In this document: piece after piece, positions 26,134-45,941 of the stretch
How positions within the stretch are numbered: the stretch's first letter is position 1
How the letters are laid out: every line of letters begins with the position of its first letter
From: Adineta vaga
Lineage: Eukaryota; Animalia; Rotifera
DNA length: 64,000 nucleotides
Assembly (NCBI GenBank): GCA_021613535.1
Contig: CP075496.1
Location: forward strand, 7,564,001 to 7,628,000
Direction: 5' to 3'
Position numbers and translations under genes: made by a program
The notes under the pieces: generated by a model
Told to the model about the DNA's origin: nothing
Seen by the model: the letters and a program-made list of their open reading frames with translations, nothing else
Database searches by the model: none

Positions 26134-29116
26134 TCAAGGTTGTGTAATATCGAACAGAGAACTCAGATGCAAATCAAAATCAGAATTTGTAAAGTTTGTT
26201 ATTGGTGTCCATGAATGGAAAGTAACTGTCAATACGGATTCAAACATATGAAAGCCATTACGTGAAAAATAACCACTCATATGTGCTGATATTTCAAGCC
26301 AAACAAACAGTGCTGGTCGTTTAGCTGTAATTCGAATAACAATATCAGTTGGTGTTACTTGTTGAATATTTTCAACATGAAGATCAGGTTGATAAAGTTG
26401 ATAGGTTTTTGGTGATATTAAAAACAATGTTTGTTCGACTTGATGATGATGATGAGAATCCAATAAACAATGAAGAATACAATGTTGTTGATCATTTGAA
26501 CAACCAGCACGTTTCATTAATGATGCGTAAGATAGATCAATAACATGTTTCATAGTTGTAAAATCGAGAGCAATATCAAATGCCATGGATATTCGAACAG
26601 CAAATGTATCTACTGTATGAATTGAACATATTAATTGACCAGAAATTTCTTTTGGCAGATCATTTATAACATAGAGAGAAATGCGAGCATTTTCATCGGT
26701 GATATTAGCTAAATATGGTGTGAGAATTGCAATAGGGTAAATAGATTCATACATATGTTGAACATAATAATGAGCCATTTTCCATTTCAATCCATATTCA
26801 ATTGTTGACCATGTTGGTGCTTGCCAAATATCATTGATTTGCCAATACATTAAACCCATTGTGTGCCTAAAACGCATATAAAACAGTAGGATGATACTTC
26901 TATATTTTTGTGATAGAAAAACTTACCCTTGACTTGTTTTCGGATCTATCATATCCATCGACGAATGAACTCGACAGACATCACTAATACTTTTCAGCGT
27001 CATTGCTTGATTGATTTGACTTAGATAAATTAATTGTGTAAAGTTTTTCAATGGATCTTTGGTTATTGGTAATGGAAGATTACTCTGAATATGCATCCTA
27101 TGAAGAAGAAAAAACAAATCTTTAATCATAATCCGACATTAATATATTAACAAACATCATTGCATTCAATTGATTTAGAGAGTGTTCTCGATGAAGAAGA
27201 AATGAACTATTGAAATTTAAATCTGATAGATTAGTATTCGCTTGATACCATGCATCTAAACTTGGTAACGATTGAATTCCTGTTTCTGAAAGAAAACGAG
27301 TGATTGGATATGTACGTGGATCCCATGAATCATTACGATAACCATAGAAATGAACATCACCTAAAGTTAAAATATTAATAAAAAAAAAACGATTGAATTA
27401 AATTCTTCTCGATATACCATAAATAGGATCATTTGGATCATTGGCTATATAATCTTCTTTAATCGATTGAAGACCATTACTTGGCGATGAAGTAACAAAC
27501 GGTCGATTATTACCTTTATCAACTTCTGTAACTGCATTCATAATTGTATTGACATATAATTTACGATAATCCTCTTTTACTTTCGGTAATCTTTCTTTTG
27601 GTATATCATACCAGTTTTGTGCAACAGCTGCTTCATTTTCATTATTACCTGCCCAAAGAACGATAGATGCATGTGATTGAAGACGTTTTACTTGATAGAC
27701 AACTTCGTCATGAACATTTCGTAAGAATGATTTATCTACTGGATATCTAATCATAGAAGAATAGAAAACATAAAAATTAATATGAATCTACTTACAAACT
27801 ACAAGCAAACATGAAATCATGCCATAACATAATGCCTAGACGATCTGCTAATTCATAGAATGAATTACGTTCATATATACCACCACCCCAAATACGTAAC
27901 ATATTCATGTTTGCTACTTGAGCAGAACGAAGTAAACGTTCTAATTGATTGTCAGTAACACGTTCTTGAAATGCATCAGCCGGTATCCAATTACTTCCTT
28001 TAATATATATTGGTAGATAATTAATGAGAAAATAAAATGATGATCCGTTAAACATTGGACCATAATCATGTTGAATAAGTTGTACCGTACGAAAACCAAT
28101 AAGACGTGAGTCAATTAATTGTTCTTGATAATAAATTGATAAGGTATATAAATTTTGATCACCATATCCATTTGGCCACCATAAATGAATGTTTTCATCA
28201 GGAATTAATAGGGAGATAGATATCTCATGATCCAATGTGATACTTGTTTCATAAGTAAATGAAGTGTTTTCTAAGATGAATTTTAATCGACATTCGAATG
28301 GATCATTGTGACTGGTTAATAGTACATCAACTTGCCATTTATTAACAGATATCTGATAAGAAGCAATATTAATACTTTCAAGTTGAATGGATATATCAAC
28401 ATCATTGATTCCTTCAAGATATAGATCACCTGGAATACCAATCGGTGCAAAAGCAGGTCCCTGAAAAAAAAAGAAACACATTTTAGAGTCAAATGATCGT
28501 TAAAAAGAGGAGAATGTCAAAATATTCCTACCCAATCCCAACTAAATGAACATGGTTCTTTTCGAATAAATTGTACATGACATTCACCATGTTGAACATC
28601 GGGTGTGCACTCAGGTAGAACACTCTCATTATATATTTTTGCTTGATTTCTTGCATATATCACCGGTGATTCGAAATCTAGACGAAGTTGATTCTTGGAT
28701 TGTAAACATGTACGTATCACATTAAATGTATATGGAACAAACATACTATTCGTCTGACCAAGAAAACATTCATTCAATGTTATATTAGCAACTGTATCGA
28801 TTTGATCGAAATGAAGTGTAAATTGTGTTGAAGTTAGGAAATCGTTTGTTAATGAGAAGTTTTTTGTAAATATCCAAGATGAATAAATGAGAGAGCGGAG
28901 AGTGACATCATTGTAACTCCAATAAGGTTCAGTAATTTGATTTGCAGAAAGAAGAATCGTATGAATACTACCGGGTATTTGACCGCGAGCAGAATATGAT
29001 TTGTCATCTGTGATTGACCAGTCATTTCCAATCAATGAAACACGAATAGAATATGAGAAAGAAAACAAAAGAGAAATAATAGAAACGAAAAATGTACAAG
29101 ATAATAGTTTGAGCAT
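26134..29116 (-). CDS. MANBA: Lysosomal beta-mannosidase (GH2), animal type, with signal peptide
   Basis: Signal peptide [99 protein letters not shown]. Confidence 0.95.
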
Positions 29117-29134
29117 GATTGTTTTTAGAAAGAA

Positions 29135-29800
<666 letters not shown>

Positions 29801-29983
29801 AGAAATGAAGCGTTAACGATAAGTATTCACGAAATCTGAAAAACACAAGAAAATTAATCTCTTCCTAATCGAAGAAGAGAATTATGTTAATTGAAGGTTT
29901 TTTTTTGTCAAATAATAAAGCTTGTATGTAAACACAAACAATAACAATACATAGGAAAAAGAACTTTACGAGTTTATTTATAT

Positions 29984-33115
<3,132 letters not shown>

Positions 33116-33167
33116 TTTTTTAAGCTACTTACAAAAACAAATGATCTGAAATAGTCAAAAAAGAATA

Positions 33168-33830
33168 TCACTGATTATTTATCAACTGTAATTTATTCTG
33201 GATATCTTCAAAATCGTCCCATTCTATAAACGAAATATTTTCTTCAGTTAAATATTTGCATAAACCATCACGTGCAAATACTATATCAGCGTATCTAGCT
33301 GCATTTAAATCAGTAATTGAATCTCCTATAACAATAATCCTTTCTTGATTTTGACATTCGTGTTTAATAACATTCACTTTTGCAACTAATTCACTGCCTG
33401 ATTCCCATTCCGTAATAACTTTTAATTTTTCATTACTTTTATCAATGTCGATGGCGTAAACTTTTGCACAACGTTCTAATAAATTTTCACGTCGAAGAAT
33501 AGTTTCAACTAAACATCGAAGACCACCTGAAACTACAGCAAATGGAATGTTTTCACTATCAAGATAATCAATTAATTTTGGAAGACCAGAACGTATTGGT
33601 AAATCTTGAACAAATTTCAAGAATTCATCGGGATAGACCGAGGATGAAATTGATTCGAGAATTTGACGAACACCTTGTCGTATTGTAATTTCTTTGGAAA
33701 GAATTTTCGGTATTAATTCATTTGACAAGTCAGGAGCAAAATGTTTTAATACACCAACAAATGTTTCACTTGCAGTTATAGTACCATCGAAATCACAAAA
33801 AACGATAGAAGATCGTTTTTCTCTCGACAT
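33168..33830 (-). CDS. Intronless HAD-IB phosphatase (MtnX-like), bacterial/cyanobacterial type
   Basis: 220-aa single-exon ORF with HAD motif I FCDFDGTIT, motif II VVSGG, ELVAK and motif IV IGDSITDL..ADIVFARD. Confidence 0.9.
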   Translation of the reverse strand: MSREKRSSIVFCDFDGTITASETFVGVLKHFAPDLSNELIPKILSKEITIRQGVRQILESISSSVYPDEFLKFVQDLPIRSGLPKLIDYLDSENIPFAVVSGGLRCLVETILRRENLLERCAKVYAIDIDKSNEKLKVITEWESGSELVAKVNVIKHECQNQERIIVIGDSITDLNAARYADIVFARDGLCKYLTEENISFIEWDDFEDIQNKLQLINNQ

Positions 33831-33845
33831 TTTTCTCGTCTTTTA

Positions 33846-33935
33846 TGAAATGAAATAACTAGTTTTTTCAATGGTTCCGTTTTATAATGGATGACAAAAT
33901 TAACCAATCAATGAATTGTTTGAAGATGGCGGTAG
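33846..33935. promoter_or_regulatory. Candidate bidirectional promoter (TATA/Inr on minus strand, CCAAT box, YY1-type motif)
   Basis: Minus-strand TATAAAA at 33886-33880 and TCATTT near 33853; AACCAATCA at 33902-33910; AAGATGGCGG at 33923-33932. Lies between divergent ATGs at 33830 and 34221. Confidence 0.5.
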
Positions 33936-34220
33936 TAAGATAGTTAACCAGTTGGTTGCTGTACAATAATTTGTTGAATAGATGAATACACCATCACGAC
34001 ATGAACAGTAATGGCTGTTGCGGTGTCGATTTCTTGCCATTGTCTAGTTTGAAGATGAATAGATTTGTAAATTCTTTTATCTTACTGTTAAGAATGGTTT
34101 ATTTAATAGTTTCATATAGAAATACTTCGAGAATGCTAGGCAGAGAAATGTGTTTTTCAAAACTATTCCATCGAATGTTCATTTGATATCAAAAAATAGA
34201 CTCGATCTTATTTTTAGAGA

Positions 34221-37200
34221 ATGTCGATTGCATCGTCGTCGACGACGACTAAAAGTAAAAAGAAAGTAGTAAGTAAATAAACGAAAGAAAAAGTTAGATA
34301 TCAATGAATTAATTGCACAGGTTTGTTATATTCCAACATCAAATCAATTTGAAAATATTAAACCCATTGAAATAAAATGCTTTCCTAATGAAAATGAAGA
34401 AACCACTGTTGAAAGGTAAAAAATGATTTGTCTCTCGGAGTTTATTCAAAAAGTAAATTTTCATTGATAGTGAGAGAGAAAAAACAGATGGAACTGCAGC
34501 AATGGTAACTGTTGTCCCCCAACGAAAACGTCCATTTAGTGCTCCTTTACGAAAACCAACTGTACCGATAAAAACAGATACAACGGTTACAAAACCAATT
34601 CGTCATTTAGCAGTATTACCATCATCACAAAAACGGTCAACATCAGGATTTGCGAAACATGGAACTAATCTATCAGGTATGATTGATGAAAAAAAAGCAC
34701 TATTTTTCTCTTCATATATTTTAAATTGTAGAAACATTTACAATGTATGAAGGTCCAACGACAACACCAGCTATAGGTCGTTCACTCAATGATACAGTAA
34801 CAATGAAGTAAGTGTTTCGAGCTGTAAGTAAGTCTAAAGTGCAATTTGAAGTTAAAATTACATATAACCATAAGAATTCAGTATTAGATATATGAAATCA
34901 ATACTCAAAGAACAAAAGAATATTCGATGAAGGTTAAAAAGCCATTTAGTGCGCTTTCATCTGAACGAAAAAGAAATTCTTTTTGTTCTCATAAGGCTTT
35001 TTGATTTCATAGAAGTATAACGATTTCATAGGATTTAATTTTCTATTTATAATGATTACAAAAGTTGAATTAAATTATATTATGTACGTATGATTTTTCT
35101 TTGTCTTTTTCAGTCACCAATATCCAATGTCAGATTTGAAGTTAGTAAATATTTCTACTATTACTTCTTTTTAATATGATATATTTATATCTTTGTTATA
35201 GTTATCAATTACCAATGAATACCGAGCTTAACAATGATGATACTTATCTATGTAATGATACAACAGTATCAAGTGTATGCGAACTTCTTGATCAAGCCAC
35301 ATTGGTATGAAAGATAGTTCTGACTTTGGCGATTGTAAAATTTAATAGAGACTTCTTCATTATAAATAGGACGTTTCAATAAAATTAAACTTATTAATGC
35401 GCACGAGAAAAATTTGAAAAAAATTGTCAGTAAAGCGTTCAGAAAACTAAAACTTACTGGAAAGGAACGTCTTTTTAGTATTCATTACGCTACTAAAAAT
35501 AAATTAACATGTTTTTAGAGTTTTTCTTTTCAAGTTATGAAGAAATCTAGTTCAACTAAGTGTATCTATATATATTTAATTGCTATTTTCCTTGTATTAA
35601 CACATTTGACTAGTTGAAATCCAAATCCAAATGTCTGTTAAATAAATATTTTTGTTTCCTAATGGATTCTATGTGTAATGTAAAGTATTAGTTGTTTATA
35701 AAACAAACTCTGATCAAACAAAGATCAATCATCCGAAAATAATTGCGTTCATAATATATAAAGATTTCCTATGCAATAAATCGTTATTTCAATGATTAAA
35801 AGTTCGATTATTTTTAGAAACAAAAACCACATTCATTAATTGGTCGTTATCAATTACCTTCTACAGAAACGCCAACAACAAGTACAACAAAACCAATTCC
35901 TGCTGTTCATATAGCTACTGTACACTACGGTGAAATGCAACCAACAGAAACAGCGAATAAACAAGTTCTTGTTCAACAATTTTATAATCAATTAGAAAAA
36001 TTCAAAGCAACATTTAATACTGAAACATCTGAACCATTACATCAACTTACTACGAATACACTTACATTTGACAATGGTCTAGTAAGACAAACATTTGCAA
36101 CGAATCATCTGAAAGAAAAACCACCAATAGCACGAATATCAAGTGCAACTGTCAAACAGATTGATAAGAAGCCTGTTGTGCCTCAGGTATACAACATTTT
36201 AAATTTCAAAATTTTCATTAAAATTAGTGCAACAACTCTCGTAATTGAATGTATTAGAATGTAAATATAATTTTATCGAAAATACAGAAACAACTATTTC
36301 TTTCGGCGAAAGAGAAGACAACTATCTGTTTTTTATTATCACCAGTTACACAAACGGATTGATTCTGTCTTCAAACATTCGTAGATAATAAAACTGCACT
36401 TTTCTTTTCTTTTCTTTTCTTTCTTTCTTCAAATTGATATACAACATGAAACTTATCATCTATACTTTTCTTTTTTATTCGTATGAGTGCTTTCTAACAA
36501 GATGTCAAAGCTCATCAACAATGATGTTGCTATCGTATAAAATTAAAAGAATAGAGAGAAAAAAAGGAAGTACAGGCATTTGTATACTAAAGAAAGTGTT
36601 TTTTTTCTATTCGTAGAAACTTAAAGTAACAAAAAATCCATCAACTCGTATCCGATCTGCACCCATAACAATGACAACACGAACCAAAACAGAAATTAAA
36701 CGAAATTCTGTCTCATCATGTAAACAACATCGAAATGAGAAATTGCCAACTTCACAAAAGAAATCAATTCATACGAAAGATAAACAAATACGACGTGTTG
36801 GAAGTGCACCACCAAATCGTATTGATATTCATGGTCCTGAAGTAACCTTATTACCGCAAGATGAAGAAGAATGTCGACAAATTCATGACAAACTTCAACG
36901 TCTACAACCAAATGGTGTTTGTGTAGATTTAAATACATTACGTCGAGCACTTTATCCACCAATTGGAACAACAACCTTTTCAGCAACTCTTAATCATGAT
37001 CGAACATCAGCATTTAAATCGCTTCGTCAAGAGTGAGAAATATTCTGTTTTTGTGTTCTTTTAAGGAAAAAATCCATTTCTCTTTCCTTCTAGTACCGAC
37101 GAAATATCTCAATTGAGGATAAAAACCGATGATAAACATGTTTCAAAGCAATCAAATAAAAGTCACATGAATGCATATGATTCCAATCTTTTTCTTACAT

Positions 37201-37286
37201 CAGAAAATCCAAATCTTGATCGAATCGCTGATCAAATGAAAAAACATGCTGAAATCAACTATAGTTACTATACACGAACGAAATAG
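34221..37286 (+). CDS. Uncharacterized Thr/Ser/basic-rich protein, about 9 exons
   Basis: Exons with GT-AG boundaries link ORF pieces 34502, 35935 and 36671 (RPFSAP, RIRSAP, RRVGSAPP, VDLNTLRRALYPP); stop TAG at 37286. No family recognised. Confidence 0.6.
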
Positions 37287-37844
37287 AACAATATTTCTTT
37301 TCTCCTTGTGATATACATATCTTTTTGTATCGATATTCAATAAAGTATGATTCCAGTATAAACATAAACTTGTAAAAAAACTTTCCCAAGATACTCGACA
37401 CTCGAATTAAGTGTCAAAAAATAGTTTTGAGTGGAATTATAAAATTATCTAACTTATCACAATGATCTTTTTCATCAGCGTAATTAATTCATAGAGGGTG
37501 AGAAGGTCGATTTCGATTCAGTTATGAACATTTGTATTCAAAGATAGTATTTAGATAACATATGTTCAGTGTTTCGTTCGTATATATTTTATTCCGTGCT
37601 ATTTATTGTACTTGACTTTCTGTCACTTGTTTAAAACTATGAGAAAGCTCTTCGAAATGCATTGATGCGTCTCTAGTGAGGAAGAGAAGAATGTTTATAG
37701 TAGTTACATCATGCACATTACGAAATGTAGAGGGAAATCTCAATTCTATTTACTTAATATCCTGTATGTATTTTATGAAAATTATTTCTCTCAACCATGT
37801 GTGAAAATATGACTTTTAATCAAACAGAAACTATATTTTCTCTC

Positions 37845-37890
37845 TATATAAACATACATCCTTCATCAACATACTAGACAAAGCTCATTC
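37845..37890 (+). promoter_or_regulatory. TATA box and initiator of the peptide-precursor gene
   Basis: TATATAAA at 37845-37852 and TCATTC at 37885-37890, followed by a 5'UTR intron gtatgt(37927)...cattag(37981). Confidence 0.55.
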
Positions 37891-37984
37891 GAATATCATT
37901 TCGACACAGTAACAACTCTCAAACAAGTATGTTGTAATGATTTTTCTATAAGAATAAAGTGGTTATTATTCTATTCATTAGAAT

Positions 37985-38361
37985 ATGGTTCGATTGATTA
38001 CATTTAGTATAATCTTTTTCATTTTCCTCGTGTCTGTTCATATTAATGAAAGTAGACCAACGCGTATTCCATCAACAATACTTTCACGAATTTGGTCAAA
38101 AGATACTGGTTTTCCGCTCGAATATATGGTAAGTTGAAAATGTTGTTTTCTTCGGAAAGAAAAAGAATAGAGTGATATTCTTCTATAGGATCAGTCAGAT
38201 TCGTCAACAGATGATGTTCAACAATTAGCAGATAATGATCGACGAAAAAGAAGTAAATATATTGAACGAAGATAATAATCAATAATAATTTTGAATATTT
38301 AGGCTGTTTAACATTTGGCAGAAACAATGAACACCGAGCAGCTAAATGGATGTGTTGGTGA
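37985..38361 (+). CDS. Secreted prepro-peptide (neuropeptide/hormone-like precursor), 88 aa, 3 coding exons; not in the ORF track
   Basis: Exons 37985-38128, 38189-38252 and 38303-38361, with introns of 60 and 50 nt (GT-AG). Product: MVRLITFSIIFFIFLVSVHINES-RPTRIPSTILSRIWSKDTGFPLEYMDQSDSSTDDVQQLADND-RRKR-SCLTFGRNNEHRAAKWMCW*. AATAAA at 38396. Confidence 0.8.
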
Positions 38362-39063
38362 TATTAGAGACGTTTATCAAATTGGTTATTATTGAAATAA
38401 ATAAGAATAAAACAGATTTTTAAATGTTTTTATCCTTTGGTCAACTAATTTAAAGAACAGAGAATTCAAATAAATCATTTTCAAAAAAAAACCTATCCAT
38501 TTTTTGATATGAATCTTAATACAAATATACGCCCACTCGTATTATGAGACTTATTGATTGTCTATAAAATAGAGTGACAAAAAATTACAATGAACTATTC
38601 AGTGAAAGATCATGAGCGATTAAATATGCAACGTTTCGGAGACATTGACACTAACTCAGACATGTTATATCCGTTTTTAATTTGAATGCATTCTTAGTTT
38701 TTGCGTCAAGTGCAATTTTTGCATACAAGACAATGGAAAACTATTATGCGTGTTAATCATAGTAAAACGATTGTCAGGAAACACCTCCGTTCTGGAAATG
38801 ATTAGTATAGGTGAATATAACTCATTCAATTGTGCAAATGAAACAGATGTATTTATACTAGAAGAACTAACTAGAATAGTCATTATGCATTGTCTATATG
38901 TGAAGAGTAGATCATTGCATATGAAGTAACATCGTTGAATTTTATCCAGTAGTTTGTATATTATTTGTAAACTTGATTTAAGATTCCTAACAGTCAAATA
39001 TATAGTTTCATACATCATAAAAATAATAAAGCTGGATTTAGGAAATGAAAAAAAAAATAATGA

Positions 39064-44543
<5,480 letters not shown>

Positions 44544-45941
44544 GATCTATCACAAATAATAAAAAAATAAGAGTCTTTTTTATATACGACTTTTTTCGCT
44601 ATACACAAAAACCTTACATAGAATATACTATCTTGATTCTCTTCTATTTTTCTCGTACTACGATAGTCCCGTCCCTTTTCATCATTTCTTCTTTTTTCTT
44701 CTGTCAATCTTGCATTCTCTCATCTTCAGTTCTGTTTCTTTTCTACAATCAATGATATTTATACATTTATTTCTACTTCTATGGTTCAAGCTCGAAACAA
44801 TATATTTGTATATTCCATAGTTCGATGCAAATCATACGAAAAACAAAATATGAAATAACACTGACGAGAAGAAAAAACTCAGTTTTATTTGCCAAATAAT
44901 CAAAAATAAAAATCTGTCTTTTTTTGCATGCAATAAAAGACACATATTTTTGACGAGGAGAATATCAAATGAAAATAAATTTACTATATTATATTACGCA
45001 CAGAATGTATTTTTGAGGCAAAGTATATTGTTTTTATAGATCGAACAGTACGAAGAGTGATTAGCATGATTTGATAATTATTATGCAAATAGAAATTTGA
45101 TTAAATGTTTGCAAAAGAAAGATTAGTTGTTACCAGATATTCGATAAAAAAAGTACGAAATTTTTCATAAAAAACTTTCTCATGTAATCATATTGACGAT
45201 GTTTTAGTACTGAAAGGACGTTATAGTGTAAGATTCTTTCTGAATAACAAATAATTCAAACATATAATGAATTTTTTACATCACAAGAAAAGACATTATT
45301 GTCTATCAATTTTAACGTAGTGTACAATTAAAATTGACAATTGTATTTGTTTCTGAATATTGATTGACGGCGATGAAGTTTGAAACTTTCTTATTGTACT
45401 TTATAGAAAGTCTACTTTGTGTACCTTGAAATAAATACTACTGACCTTTGAAATTAATGTACGATAAAGATATGTAAAGGTATATTTTGATCCCTATTGC
45501 GATTTTGGAAGAAATATTATAGATTTATCAAATAATCTCTTGTTATTGGTCTGGAAAGCTCATCTTAAGTTACTTGTTTGCGCAAAGTTGATCTAGAAAA
45601 GATTCCATTTCAATTTACCTGAGTTAAATCAATCACACTTTCTCACTTTATATTTTTGTTGTAAGGATAAATATGAAAAATCAAAATGAGTATGAAGAGC
45701 TTGTCATTACTCGTTTCGAACAACGCCTTCTACCTATATCTTTGCATTTTTTCTGTCGTATTATATTTCGTTTGTTTCTAATCGGTTTTCTTGAGCTATT
45801 GTCTGTTGTAGTCGCATATCACGAAAATATTAAATCAATTGAGTTAATCTTTAACAAATAAGAAAGCAACTAGAATAAAAAGCGAATCAAATGCACGTTT
45901 CAATCATTGTGATTTTTTCGATTTTATTTATTACTATAACA

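Noticed and set aside
26134-29116. Beta-mannosidase as another horizontally acquired gene
   Set aside because: Its motifs ([21 protein letters not shown]) follow the animal lysosomal MANBA type.
38303-38361. Calling the cyclic peptide a true natriuretic peptide ortholog
   Set aside because: The ring size matches, but the CFGxxxDRIxxxSxLGC consensus does not align; kept only as a weak analogy.
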